Part shown: positions 1-13,268 of the stretch, in pieces
Numbering within the stretch: position 1 is the stretch's first letter
Layout: each line of letters begins with the position of its first letter
NCBI GenBank assembly: GCA_004431415.1
Contig: QPMI01000392.1
Location: 21,168-85,167 of the forward strand
Source of the DNA: Cyanophora paradoxa CCMP329
Taxonomy: Eukaryota; Plantae; Glaucophyta
DNA: 64,000 nt
Direction of reading: 5' to 3'
Notes under the pieces: generated by a model
What the model was told of the DNA's origin: nothing
Databases searched by the model: none
What the model saw: only the letters and a program-made list of their open reading frames with translations
Program-made: the position numbers and the translations under genes

Positions 1-3000
1 AGCTCGGGGCCGGGGACTCGGATTCTGGCTCTGGTGAGCTCTCGATCTTGGACGATTGAGCGTTCGCGCGAATCTCGGAAACTACCTAGCTACGTATAGT
101 AATAGTCCCTTTCATCTTCATCGCCGCGCATCCAAAAACTGACTCGACAAAACGCAATATTAATCGCGCTTGGGTCCGCAGCGGTCTCGGATTTCAGCTC
201 AAATGATGATTCTGACGCCGAGCTTGAGGACGCCAATTCCCAGCAAAGCCGGAGCAGTGGTGCCGAAGTTGAAGATGTCGAATTCTCTGCCGCCGTCGAG
301 AACCGCATACGGTTTCTGCTGCGGAAGGGGGTCGACACGCTGCACGCGGGAGCGAGCAGCTTTGGGCTCGCGAAGATCGCCGTGGAGATCTCCGAGGACG
401 ACTGCTTCCTGGCAAACGAGCTCGTGTGCCGCGGTCTTCTCGACCCGGCGGTTGGAGCCGCCATGCAGATCGCTGCGACCCGGCTGGCCATGGGGTCCCG
501 CCTCGAGCTCTCGACGGACGTCAATCTAGCGGACTCGGACACGGGATGCCTAGGCATGCTCTGCTTTCGCTTCCCGCCCCTGTGCTCGCGTTTGAGAGCG
601 CACAGGTGAGCGGCCGCGGCCTACGTTGGATCCGGAGGTGCTGCTCGTCCAGCCCATGCAGATTTCGGAGACGGACGTGCCTTTCGGTGCAGGCTCCCGG
701 TACCGGTACGCATCAAAAACCGCACTTCAGCTTTCCATCCAGACACCTTGTCTCAAAGTGCATGCACGTGCATGTTGCGTGTGCAGGTATCCGTATGGCG
801 ATGGATGCCCTGCACAGAACATTGCTGCGCGAACGGCAGAGCTCGTAGAGGGATACGGCGTCTCAGTCAACATGCTAGGATGCTGCGAGGACATCGGCTG
901 CCCGTGCCGCAAGGCCGGAACCGCCTGGGACTTGGCGGACGTTGCGCTTGTTGGAATCGGTGCGATCACGTTCACTTCAGAAACGCTAAAACGTTAGAGG
1001 CGCACCTCTCAATGAAAAATCGTTATTGCACATCTCTCTCGGCAGCTCAAATGCGCCAGTGACCGTTCCCAGTATCGATCGTTTTACTGATGCGCGCACG
1101 CAGGTACGTGTGTCGTGAAGATGCAGTTTGGCGACGAGGAGCGGGACCGAGCCATGGTGCACCATCTGCGACACAACAAAACGGCTCGTGCCGAGGTGGC
1201 GGCGATTGCGCGCGATGCCCTCGCCCGCATTGGAGTTGACACCAACCGCTGCACCATCACGGTGACGCGAGCATTTTGTGGATGTGCCGGTGCTGAGTGC
1301 GTCTAGATCTCGGGACGCTGCGAGGCCGTGCCTTGCAATTGGCCTGGATCTATAGTTGGCTAGATCTAAAGCCCTTCTATATTCACGAAATACTCGTAAC
1401 TGCGTTTACGTACTACAGGGCGAAACTCGACTTTCTGGGGTCGGAACGCGACGATCTGGAGCGCCAGTACATCGAAATCACGGCTCGCCTGGAGCAGCTG
1501 CGAAAGCATCAGATGGAGCTGATCGAGGCTCGCGATTCGGCCGCGCGCTCATCGCAACCGCAGCCACAGCCGCGCCTCGATCGCCAGCTGCAGAGCTCCC
1601 TGTTGGCCACTGCAGCCGAGATCAGGCAGCTATTCGAGCGTCTGCAACAGCTCGAGGCCAAACTTCGAGACGCAGAGTCGAGGCTGCGGGAGGCTGAGAC
1701 TAGGCTCGAACTTGCGGCAGCGACTGTGACCGAGCCATCTCGCGCCCCAGAGCCCGTGCCCGCGCCGGACGCAGCTGCTACGACCGCTGCGGGCCCGAGC
1801 GCCAGCCGTGGCGATGCCGTCGGCTTTGGCGGCTCACCAAGCGCGAGCGCACGCACAGCCGTGGAGCACAGCTCGACCATGACCGTCTCCGTTGCAGGAG
1901 TTGAAGGTACGGCCGTTGTGCTCCCCGTAAAGAAGCGCCGGCTCCAAGCCGGCGTTCTTGTCGTGACGTCGACGGAACGGGACGAGGGGCCGAGCTCGAG
2001 ATCGCTCCGTGATCGCGTCGAACCGTACGTGTACACGTCCCGTGCACCTAGCGCGCGCCCGCCTGTGTGTATGCAAGCCCATCGCGTTATATACTGCTGA
2101 TTATGTCAAAACAAGCTCGTGCTCGGCAGGAATTTTCCAACGTAGAGCTAACGCATGCACGGCCGCAGTGCTGGTTCTGGATCCGGTGGCCAAGGGCCCG
2201 GGCCAGCTTCCGGATCCGGTGGCCAAGGGCCCGGGCCAGCTTCCGGATCCGGATCCCGGGGTGATGCGTCGGAGGCGAAGCACACCCACGAGGCACCGCC
2301 ATTCGAGGTTGAGCTTGGCGGACGCGAACGACCCATGCCAGCGGTCGCTAGTGGCGCCCACGGAGATTCCGGGACCCGAGGAGCGTCGGCATCGACGTCG
2401 ATGGCGGAGGCAGAAGTATCGGCGAGCGCAATCCATGAACATATGCACGCCCCGCAACAGGACATCCAGAGCGACCCGTCGCTTGTGATTGAAAAGAGTG
2501 CGCGCATTAATGATTGATTCGGGCGGTTCCAAGGGAATGGCAAATCTGATAGTCCGGCCAACATAATTTGCTGAACGCGTGCAATCTCTTTGGTTTTTCC
2601 GCGGCAGAGTGCGCCTGCTGCCAGGCAACATTCCAAGTCAGCATCTACGAGATGGACAGGCATCGCTTCCGCCGTCCCATTGAGCCGGCGGCGTACATGC
2701 TGCAAGACGGACCTGGGTCCGACTTTGACGAAGATTTCGACCTTTTCCTGTGCAATCAATGCCTCGAACTTGACCGCTTGATTTCTGCCAGGACCGGTTC
2801 GCGCCCAGACAAAAGAGATTTAGACTTACATAGCTTGATCATGTATACATACACACATTCATATATTCAAATAAGCACATGCACCATGCGTGCACGTGCG
2901 CGCCACGATAGAAATGAACGCATCCATCTTATATATGCTTGCTGATTTGCCACGCACCTTCAACGTCAGGTCGACATCGTTTGCAAGTATGCTACGGTAA

Positions 3001-4665
3001 CGCACAGACAACAGGACGCTCGGACCACTGCCACGTGGTGGACACGGAGGCCGAGAACGACGCATGCGCAGTGATCGACTTGCACCCCAAATCGTATGAC
3101 AGCAGGCCGCACACAGAGCCTGGGGCGTGCGACTGTGACAACAGCCTGTGTCAGACACGGCCCCGGTGCAAAAACGCCGAACCGAACAACGCGAGTCTCG
3201 AATGCTTCCAATTGTGCGGGAAGCATCTTATTCTCATTTTCCAGGTGCACAGCAGAGCCCCACACATGCATGTACCTCTTGCGATTAATGCCAAATGCTA
3301 ACACGGGAGCTCTAGATCTAGCTCTCGCTCTAGATTCCGAACTGCGCTACTGCATTCGATCTGCATCCTCTCATCTGCAGTTTTTCCCGCAGGCTCAGCA
3401 GCTGAAGCAGCTCCGAAACCTCAACGAAAAGATGGCGAGGGGCGAGGAGTACAGATTTAGACCCGAGTGTCCGTCGCACTGTTTCGAGCAAGGCCCTGAC
3501 GCAGACGCCTTGCTCGAGTTGGCCGTCGCACACGCTCTCACACTACGGCCGCCGTCCGACAGCGAGAGTTTCGCGAACGTCCGCTACGCGGATCAAGGTT
3601 TCACTCTGTTGACGAACAGGGCAATCACTGAGTGGGAAATGGAGGAAGTTCGACGGGCGGCGGAGGACGAGCTGGGCGGACTTCTCGCACGACAGGGCCT
3701 CCGAAGCAACCGGCCCTCCGCGGACATGCACACCGTCCACGAGTGGTCGCTGCCGACGGGGCTGCGGTCGATGGATCCAGAATCCCAGGCACGCGTGCCA
3801 CCATCTGATGTTTTCGGCATCGAAATGCACCCCGAGGGGATAAATGCTCTATTGAAAGATACCGATTGATTCTCGATACAATTTCAGCTTTCCTGTGTTC
3901 TGCGACCGCTCGGTCCAGTACTACTGCTGACCCCTCGCCCGCAGCAATGTTGCAATGAAGATGGGTGCTATAAATCGCTTCTCGAACATCCGATCACTGG
4001 ACGTTTTGAAGGCTTTCCAGGCATCGTGCAGTGGTGCGCTGCGTCTACAAACTTCCCGTTGTGCGCAAGCGCAGTGAACGCTCTATTCTAACTCTACGCT
4101 GCCCGTGCACTCCACGCACAGCCGCGCTGTGGTCGCCGGTGCCAATCTGGGACCGTTCAACGAGCTCGAGCCCGAAATCGATCCGAGCAACGCTGGGGAA
4201 GGATCGGACGGAGACCTGGAAGGCATCGGGTACGTATACAACCAGCGGCCTGCAGGAGCGGTTGTGATCTGCGGTTGCGGCTTCCACGTCAAATGCGCCA
4301 TCGATACCAGCGAAGGATTCGTTTGCAGCACCACGAACAAATACCATTTTGTGTGCCCGCGATGCCGTGGACGTGGTCGTGTGCCCAAGCCCGTCGACGC
4401 CTTTGATTGCAAGGGCGCGAGGCTCCATGACTTGCAGGTAGATAGATTTCAGCAGCGTACGTGCGTTCTGGCGTACTGTGAGGACCGCTGCGTCAAGGCC
4501 CAGCTGGAGGGCAGACTCAAGCGGCTGTTCGATTCGGCCCCAAATGGGCGGCTCTCCGCTCCTGCGCTCGAGGAGGTCAAGCGGATCTTGGAGGAGGCGA
4601 AAACGACGCGCGTTTTCATCTGGTGCGCGTGCTCGCGCCTTACATTGCATCCGTGTCCGAGATAG
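1..4665 (+). CDS. 5'-partial multi-exon Cys-rich protein: coiled coil, CxxC pairs, AWS-like Cys cluster, C-terminal PHD-like finger
   Basis: Phase-consistent introns join the short ORFs (e.g. 34-181, 1297-1418, 2025-2168, 2498-2607, 3245-3393, 4034-4121; two need GC donors). Motifs: CDCDNSLC..RCKN..ECFQLC; CCNEDGC..IVQC..CGCGFHVKC..FVCPRC. Stop at 4663-4665. Confidence 0.55.
2175..2252 (+). repeat. 33-bp coding tandem repeat (~2.4 copies, SGSGGQGPGPA)
   Basis: tt(c/t)ggatccggtggccaagggcccgggccagc-type unit at 2175 and 2208, partial at 2241. Confidence 0.9.
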
Positions 4666-4851
4666 AGAGCGGATCGCGTTTATGCTTCTCATACATACAC
4701 AAAAATAGATTAATTTTTTAAAACCACCACACGCGTGAACTTAAGCTTCGCACTCGCTATCGCAAGCGTGTGTGTCGATATCGCGGTCGAGTTTGAATTT
4801 AACGTGACAAAATGTGCGCTCAGCAACTCCAAGTCCGCAATCAAGTGCGAC

Positions 4852-7115
4852 ATGGCGCTCTGCTACGGATGTGCGCAGAACTACGCGGAGCCGCTGAGTC
4901 TTCGGACCCGTGAAAGCAAAATCCCGTCGAGGGATGGCGCCCTGTGCATCACCTGTCCCGATTTGTACAGTGTCCATGGCTCCAACCGCAGCGAGTTCAT
5001 GTACGAATCGGCACTTGTCAAGCAGGAGCTCGATGTTCGCCAGGCGCTCACGGCCGACGGCGGGCCACGTGCACGGCGGCCGTGCGCATCTAGGCCTAGG
5101 GCGGGAGCTGCACCCGGAAGCGCGGCCCGCCAGACAGCCCACGCTCGAGCTCGACGAGGCGCCAATCCCGGCGGGCGCCGGCGCCGCCAGCGGGAGGAAT
5201 TGGAGGAGACGGAGGACGCCAATCGCGACGACCGCATTAGATTGCGGGCAATGGCGCACCGAGAGGTACGCTTGCGCTAGCAATTCGTGCAATGCATCCC
5301 GCGCCGCACTTGAACTTGCGTATGCGCACGCAGAAGGCGCAGCAGGAGGCCACGGCCGATGCCGACGAAGCGCTAGCGGGCCCGAGCCCAATGGACGTGG
5401 ACAGCGATCGTGAATCGCGGCCCGCGACCCCTGGACTCTACACGCGCGCTGGAGACACTCTCGTGGCGCTCCTGCCGATTTCAAGCGGCCCGTCGAGCTC
5501 GCACGTCCATCGCAGCGGAGCCATCACCTCGAACTCTGGACCCGGGTCAGCGGCAGAGCCGATCGTGCTCTCGCCTTCGAGCTCTCACAACTTGGACGAG
5601 CCGGCACCTGCAGCTGCGCCGCGGCCCGCCACCCGAATTGGGCGTCCACGTGACCCGCCGGCCTCGAGCTCTGTGGAGACGGTTCCGGCCGCGGAGCTCG
5701 GGGCATCGAGCTCGAGCCGGCCCAGACCGTTGGCTTCCAGCGCTCGGCGCACGCGCACAGAGCGGCAGTTCGACATACATACTGCGGCGCCACCCGATGC
5801 GGATTCCTCGGAGCTGGCGCCCCTGCAGGACCTCATCTTATCCCGTGCATTCGAAGTGGCTCGAAGAATGCAGATGCAGCTGTACACGCCGCAGATCGGT
5901 GCAACGCAAGTTCGACGCCTGGCAAGGATGGCCATGGACATGAACGTGCACTCGTACGTGATCGACCCGCCGGTAGAAGACATTCGGACGCCCGCTTTCA
6001 GCGAGTGCGACGCTCCCGAGAGATCGGAGCAGGGTCCGGAGCATGCGCAGCGGACGAGCACGTTCCTGCCATACGAGCCGCCAACTCCCGGTCCGGTGCG
6101 TACTCGTGATCAGCGGGCCTGCCCGGCGCCCTAGGAGCTCAGAGCCGGGTCAACGCCGTTTGCGTTGAGCGAATTTCGCTTGCAGATGGAGGCCGATGCC
6201 ACGGATCCGGACCAGTCCATTGCGCGAGAGCACGTTTTGCGTGCAGAGTGGTGGGCAAGGGGAGACCCGGTGTGCGGAGAGCTGCAGGGCGCGCATGCAC
6301 TTCCGGAGGGCGCCCGCGAGCTACCCGCGCCGCCGCAACTGCCTACGGACCCTGATCCTCTCCCCCTGGTCCTGGTGCGCATCGCTGCGCGCGGCGCAGC
6401 CTGCGGCGCGTCGGCGGTGCTCGGCCACGGCCGCAAACGACCGCGGGCGCCTGACGGTTGGTCCCGCTGGGCATCTCGCAGAGCGGCGGTGCGGGCGCTG
6501 CGGCCGTGGGCGCCGCTGCACCCCCGGCCCCGACCCCGACCTCGACCGGAGCGGCCCCCCCTGCTGCAGCTGCGGGCGTGGCGTCGGCCGCGCCCGGCGG
6601 CGGATCCGCCGCCGAACCCGACCTCCCGTTCATAAGCGTCAAGGCGGCCTTGAGGGCGGTGAAAGCCGGCTGGGCCTTTTACGGCGGAAGGCGCGTCGTG
6701 TTCCCTGGCCAGCGGAACCCCCTTCGAGGGAGCGACCCGCGCTGGCGGTGGGGGGAGGGCGTGTGCTACATCATCGACCTCGCCTGCTTCGAACCCTCGA
6801 TCTCGGAGAATGAATTTACGTTTTCGGAGAAGTACAGGTTCGCAGGCACTCCGGGCGAGCCGCTTTGGACGCGGCATTTACGTCTATTAATATTTACGCT
6901 TCTGTTGCAGGAAAACGGCGATTCAGGGCCTCGACCTCTGGCTGCCGAGAGGGCATCGGGAGAGGGCGATGTGGGAGAAGCGCATCAGGCACTCTAGGGC
7001 CGTCTGGGAAGCTGGGGACTTTCAGGAGGTAGCCGGGCAGGAGGAGGCGACAATCGCAAAGACTTTTTCGCGCTCTCTCTGGGTGCCGCACGAGATTATC
7101 GACAACATGCCATGA
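4852..7115 (+). CDS. Multi-exon hypothetical protein with N-terminal CxxC..CxxC
   Basis: ATG 4852 (MALCYGC..CITC); introns ~5266-5333, ~6096-6134, 6375-6481, 6838-6910 keep the frame; Trp-rich C-terminal domain; TGA 7113-7115. Confidence 0.6.
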
Positions 7116-7687
7116 TGATGCATGCGCAGCTTTGATTTGATCACAAAGTAATGTTCGATAATTGATGCAGCTTTGGTTCGAGCAACTGTCGAATAACATG
7201 ATATCCTTGCACATCTTTTATGAAAGCTGGCTATCGGGAGGAAGGAAGGGAGAAAGAAAACGGGCAGTTTAATGTAAGCGGGACAATTAGTGTAATTATA
7301 ACAGAAAAGGCAAACGGAAACGAAAGAGCGCCGGGGCGTGGGTCGTCAAGTCGTTCGCCCGCGGGCGACTGGAGCGAGATGAGCTAAGGGGGCGGTTGCT
7401 GGACGGGCCGAGGAGGAGGAGGAGGAGGGAGAGAGGCGCGGGCGCGGGCGGGGCGGGGGGGGGGGGGGGGGGGGGGGGAGTTGAAGTTGGAGAAAGGGCC
7501 AGGGGTGGGGGGGGGGGAGGGAGGCGAGCGTAGAGGGTCGGGAGGGAGGGGGCAAATCTCGCCACCCGGCCTCCTTGCCCGGTACCCCCGCCCTCGTCTC
7601 GCTCCCTGCTGCGTACGAGCCGTAAGGCGAGGGGTGGCGGCGAGGGGGTAGGGGGCGGACCTTCGGCGGGGCTCACGGGGGGCGGAC

Positions 7688-10505
7688 TCAGTCGTCCGAG
7701 TCGCCGCCCATGAGGAGGGCGGAGAGATCGGCTTGCTGCTCGTCCTCGTCCGGAGGGGCGAGGGGCTCGCAGGCCTGCTCGGCGTCGAAGAGGCCGTCGA
7801 TCAGGGCCCACCCGTTGGCGTCGGCGACCACCTGCAGCTTCGCCTTGTAGTCCTGGAGCTGCTTCTTCTCAAGCGTGGCGATGGCGTGGAGGGCGTGGAG
7901 GAAGGAGACGCCGGGGGCGTTGCGGGCGTGGGCGAGGTGCGGGTAGCGCTCGACCAGGTGGCCCACCTCGAGCAGGGATCGAAAGGCCCGCCGCTGCTTC
8001 GACTCGCTGTCCAGCACGAGGCCCGCAAGCCAGAGGATCGTGGCGAGACGGGGGTACAGGTAGGCCTCGCGGAACTTTCCCCAACTTTGTTTGGGGACGC
8101 CTTTTTCCTGGGGGTGCGGTCAGAGATACGGAGCAAAGCGCAGCAGGGGGAGGGAGCTAAGGGAGGGGGAGGGAGGTAAGGGAGGGGGAGGGGAAGGGGG
8201 ACGGGGGGAGGGAAGGCGCGGGGGCGGGGGGGAGGTGCAGATGGGGAAGGGTGGGAAGGGGGGAAGAGCGGGGAGGGGGGGGAGGGAGGGGAGGGGGGAG
8301 GAGGGGGAGGAGGGGAGAGGCGGGGGAGGGGGAGGCAAGGTGCAGAGGGGGGGGGGGGGGGGGGGAGAAGGGGGGCGAGAAATGTGGAGGGCCGGGGGTT
8401 AGAGGGCGCGAGGGGGACCTAAAGGGTGGCGGGTGGTCCCTGGCCCCCCCTCGTGCAGAACCGCGCTCGCACCGGCTTAAGCTTCTGCAGCGTGCGGTAG
8501 CCGCAGAGGACGGCGCTTGCAGCGATGAGGAGGAGCCGCGCGGCGTCGCCCTGCGCCTTCTCCAGCTTGGCCCGCATCTCCTCCCGCAGGGGAAAGCTGT
8601 CGAGGACGAGGCGGCCGGCGCGGGTGACCGCAGAGGCCGCCGGGCCGGCGCTGCCGGATGCATGGGGCACCGGCGCGCCCCCGCCGCCCTCGAGCACCTC
8701 CAGGCAGGCGGCGACGCTCGGCACCGGCGGCTGCGCTGGGACGAGAGCGGCGTCGCTGCTGCCGCCACCGGACGCGGGCACCGGCGGCAGGTCAAGCTGG
8801 TCGGGCTCTGGCTCGGAGGAGCCGGGACCCCGCGCCGCCTCCTTGCCCCGCGGGGGCCGCCGGCGCGGGGGCGCGCTCGGGGCAGGCGCCCCCTCGAGCT
8901 GAGCCGCCGGCTGCCCCGGGGCCGGCTCCTTTCGGAGGGCCCTGGCCATCATCTTGAGGCTGCCGTGCGCGAAGAGCCGCTCCGCGCGCCTCGTCAGGCC
9001 CTTGGGCTTGCTGCCGACGGCGGCGGCCGCGGGGCTGGAGCTGGAGCTGGGGCCCGGGGCCGGCTGCTGCTTCGACGAGGCCGCCGCGGACGCTGCGCTG
9101 GCGCCGCCCGCGCCGTCGCGCCGCGGCCGGCGCGTGCGCGCCTTCTTCGCCGCAGGCTGAGACTGCAGCTTCTGCTTCTTCGCCGGGGGAGGCTGCTCCT
9201 TCTCCTTGGCCTGCTTGGACGCGGCCACCCGCGCGCTCCTGCGCGCTCCCGACTTGTCCCCGCCCTCCTCCCCGTCCTCCTCCTCGTCCTCCCCGCCCTC
9301 CTCTTCGCCCTCCTCGTCGTCGCCCGCCTGCATCCGAGAGCGAGTTGGTGCCAAAGAGAGAGGGGCAAAGAAGGCAGCGGGGGGGCGGGGGAGGGGGAGA
9401 AGGGGGCTGAGGGGGGTAGGGGGTACGAAGGCTGGGGGAAGGGGGGGGGGTACGGGGCGCGCGGGGCTCACCTTGCCACTCGGGTCGGCGGGTTCCTCGT
9501 CCTCGTCCTCGTCCTCCTCCTTGTCCTCCCCCTCCCCCGCCCTTTCCTCCTCTCCATCGCTTCCCTGTCGCGCCGCCGCATCAGCACCGTGCCGCGACCG
9601 CGGCGCCCGAGCGGGATCGGGCCCACCCGGTCAGCCCGCATGCGCCGCTCCCCAGGCCGGCTGCCGCCGCGGCCGCCGCCGCTGGAGGCCCCCGAGGCGG
9701 CCGGCGCAGCTGGCGGCGCCGCACGCCGTGCCTCGAGTTCGAGCTCCTTCAGGAGCTCGTCCTTTGACTTGGTCTCGGCCAGCTGGAAGGCATCGAAGCT
9801 GGTGGCGGCCGGGCGCCAGACCGCGTTGAAGAAGCAGAGAAAGGCGCCGAGCGCGCGGCAGGCCTGAAAGTCCTCCTTGCCGCGCCCGAAGGCGTGAAAG
9901 CTCTTGCACAGATCGCACTCGATGCTGAAATAGCCGTCTGCGCGCGCGCGCGCGCGTCAGCGCTGGGGGCCGGGGTGGGCGAAATCCGGGGAGCAGGGCG
10001 GCGCACCCTTGGGGTTGAAGCCTTTCGGGCCCTTCAAGCAGTCGCCGCACGCGAATCCGCCTTCGGCGAGTTTCTCGGCGGCCAGCTTGCGAACTTTCTG
10101 CCAGAGCTCGCCCGCTTTGCGCGTCTTGCCGCCCCGCGGCTGGAGGAGCAGCTCCGATATGGTGCACGTGAGCTCCTGCCGCGACGGCTCGTCGGCGTCG
10201 GGCTCCTGCTCCGCGCTGAGATCGCGGTCGACCAACGGCACGACCTGAACGTATTCCTGGGCCGCGTCGGCGGCGCATTCGGCGACTATGCAGTCGGCGA
10301 TGGCTTCAACGATGCAGCGGGGCACGAAGGCGGAGAGTGTCCAGGGCGCCACTTCCCCGCAGATCATGCAGCCGACCTTGACGTCGCCGGCAACGAGGGC
10401 GGCGCGCCAGGCCGCGGCGAGGTCCTTCACGTACGGCCCGAGGCTTTCCGTGCTCCCGAGGAGTTCTGCTGCCTCGACCTGATCCGAAATCGATTTGCCG
10501 CGCAT
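7688..10505 (-). CDS. Multi-exon protein: Cys-pair N-domain, acidic/low-complexity linker, conserved helical C-domain (paralog of 53944-56268)
   Basis: CMIC..CGDC..CDLC; intron 8108-8472 in phase, others near 9330-9470 and 9940-10007; C-terminal SWGKFREAYLYPRLATILWLAG aligns with LWGAYRAEHLCAKYDAILQAAG at 54.4 kb. An upstream exon (donor at 10632) is possible. Confidence 0.65.
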
Positions 10506-10647
10506 CTGCGCTATTCCTTGACCGGTCATGACTCGTCGGTCTGGTGCCACAGCGGTGCGGCTGGGGCCCCTGAGCACGCGCACCGTGTGCCGCCGCAGCT
10601 CCCCGCGCGCGAGCTCGCACGCGGGCCCGCACCCTGCTATTTTTTTC

Positions 10648-10804
10648 GGGGGCCAGTTTGCAACGTTTCGATGGTGCACCGGCGCACCATCGAATTTCAA
10701 CAGCACGCCGCGCCGCGCGAGTGCCCTCCGGCGCCTTCTGTAGCCCCCGGAGAGCTCGGAAATCGCTTCGGCGCCCGCCCAGCTCGTGCTGGCCCCGAGC
10801 GCAG
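10648..10804 (+). repeat. Dispersed repeat copy 1, containing 11-6-11 inverted repeat (10667-10694)
   Basis: TTCGATGGTGC-ACCGGC-GCACCATCGAA inside a ~60-bp near-invariant core also present at 23.7 kb and 59.55 kb. Confidence 0.9.
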
Positions 10805-11379
10805 CTGACGATCCCATGCCCATCGATATCGCCAGCCCGGAGCCCTCGGAGCGCAGCGCCCGCCCCGAGCCGCGCGAGCGGCTCGAAAGAGGCCGTCAGC
10901 TTGCAGGTGGGAGGCGCGCTCGCCGGCGGAGTCGCCGCCGCTCGTCCGCGGGCCCGGCTCGCGCGCGGTCGTGCACGAGCTCCCATCGCCGACGCTTCAA
11001 AGGGCAGTTTCCGCGGACGTGTGCTTGGCCGCGTGCGGATCGGACGGTCCGGGGCAGACGCGCGCGTGCGCCGCTCGGTACCGGTGCTCGCTCGATCGGC
11101 AGACGCGCACGCCGATCGCTTCGCGGGCAGCGGGGCCTGGCCTCGGCGGCCTGCATCGTGCGACGAAGAGGCGGGCGCGGCACGGTGCGATCCAGGCCCT
11201 CCCCGCCCGGCGGCGCGCGCCGCGACGGTGGGCCCGCCGCCGCCTCGCCCTTTGGCTCGCTCTCCGCGCGCCTCGCGCACGATACAGGCGTCGAGGCCGG
11301 TTCCTTCTACGGCCGCTCCCCCCCTCGCCTTCCCCCCCCTCTCCTCCCCGTTCCTCTCTAACGCCCGCCCTCGCCCGCC

Positions 11380-12670
11380 CGGCAGCCCGTACGGCTCGCG
11401 GCGCCGGCTCGCAGCAGGGGCAGCCCGGTCGATTCCTTCAACAGCACGTGTGGGCCCCCATCCTTGTTTCCCCCCTCGCGCACCCCGCCCTCGCTCGCCC
11501 GGCCCCCCGTACGGCTCTCAGCGCTGGCTCGTAGTAGGGGCGGCCTGGTCGATTCCGGCAACGGCACGTGTACCCCCTCTCTCGCCCCCCTCGCGCCCCC
11601 CCGCCCTCGCTCACCCAGGCCCCCCGTACGGCTCGCAGCGCCGGCTCGCAGTAGGGGGCGGCCTGGTCGATTCCGGCAACGGTACGTGTACCCCCTCGCT
11701 CGTCCCCCTCGCGTCCCCCCGCCCTCGCTCACCCGGGCCCCCCGTACGGCTCGCAGCGCCGGCTCGCAGTAGGGGCGGCCCGGTCGATTCCGGCAACGGC
11801 ACGTGTACCCCCGCTATCTCGCCTTTCTCACTTGTCGCTCATTGTCGCCGCGTCCCATCCTCTTGATCTTGTGGATTGACCAAGCGTAGCTTTCGGCCAG
11901 GCGGGCTATCAGGGGCGGGGCCCGGTCCGTCCGTACCCCCGCTCTCCCCCTCCCCCCACCTGCGCCCCGCGCCCCGCGTCTCGTCTCACAGAGCGCCCGC
12001 AGGACTCGGCCCCGCGGCCGTCGAGGGGGTACAGGCGCCGTAGCCGGAATCGACCCGGCGGGCTATCAGGGGCGGGGCCCGGTCCGTCCGTACCCCCCGC
12101 TCCCCCCTCCCCGGACCTGCGCCGCGCGCCCCGCGTCTCGTCTCACAGAGCGCCCGCAGGACTCGGCCCCGCCGCGAGGGTACAGGCCGTGCCGATCGAC
12201 CGGGGCTATCAGGCGGGCCGGTCGTCCGTACCCGCTCCCCCACCATGCCCGCGCCCGCGTCGTCCACAGAGCGCCGCAGATCGCCGCGGCTCGAGGGTAC
12301 AGGCCTAGCGATCGACCGGCGGCTATCAGGGGCGGGGCCCGGTCCGTCCGTACCCCCGCTCTCCCCCTCCCCCACCTGCGCCGCGCGCCCCGCGTCTCGT
12401 CTCACAGAGCGCCCGCAGGACTCGGCCCCGCGGCCGTCGAGGGGGTACAGGCGCCGTAGCCGGAATCGACCCGGCGGGCTATCAGGGGCGGGGCCCGGTC
12501 CGTCCGTACCCCCCGCTCCCCCCCTCCCCGGACCTGCGCCGCGCGCCCCGCGTCTCGTCTCACAGAGCGCCCGCAGGACTCGGCCCCGCGGCCGTCGAGG
12601 GGGTACAGGCGCCGTAGCCGGAATCGACCAGGCGGGCTATCAAGGGCGGGGCCCGGTCCGTCCGTCCCCT
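11380..12670. repeat. Bipartite array 1: 4 A units (+), then ~5 B units (-)
   Basis: A cores at 11427, 11547, 11665, 11782 (~118-bp period); reverse B cores at 12026, 12443, 12600 plus two deletion-riddled units. Confidence 0.95.
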
Positions 12671-13115
12671 TTTCCGAGAGCTCGCCGAGAGCCCGGGCTG
12701 CGGCAGGCCTTTGCGTTTGCACGCACGGTGCCGAGCGGGTCCCCTTCTTCCCAGCCCCGGCCGCCGGCAAAGCAAGACGGCGGACGAGGGGCCGGGCGCC
12801 GGCAGGCCCGTGGCGGCAGCGGGGGCCGCCGCAGCCGCTCCGCAGCGGACGCGGCCGGCGACGGGCGCGGACGAAATCGCTCTCGCCGATGAAATATGTA
12901 TCAGTGATCTATTAATTGCGCAAAGAAATCAGACTTGAATTCGGGATTCGAATTGCGCCGTGTCAATGCAAAGCCTTGCGGGGGGAAGAGGAAGAGGCGG
13001 GGGCGCTGGGGCATCCCGGACAGGGTACCAAGGGTAGATGATCACGATGGGCGCGCGGGCGCAACGGGTAGACGATACCGGAGGGCGGCGCGCGCGCTCG
13101 AATAAAATAACGCTC

Positions 13116-13162
13116 GGGATTCTCGGCGCCCGGGATTCCCGTCTGCCGCGTCGACAAAAGGG
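13116..13162 (+). promoter_or_regulatory. GGGATTCCC + TATA-like promoter
   Basis: GGGATTCTC 13116, GGGATTCCC 13132, GACAAAAGGG 13153, upstream of ATG 13269. Confidence 0.55.
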
Positions 13163-13268
13163 AGAGAGGCGGCCGAGCTCGGCACATTTGCGTGGTCGAA
13201 ACACGTCGACAACGACGGCAGCCACAGCACCTACAGCCGCAACCCGTAAACCCTTTTTGCAGAGAGCC

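Noticed and set aside
3393-3869. SET domain following the AWS-like cluster
   Set aside because: Only a weak GFTLLTNRAI resemblance; no NHSC or ELxFDY motif.
8150-8400. Polypurine / G-quadruplex tracts (also 7440-7560, 42600-42670)
   Set aside because: Intronic or 3' low-complexity tracts; no evidence of a specific function.
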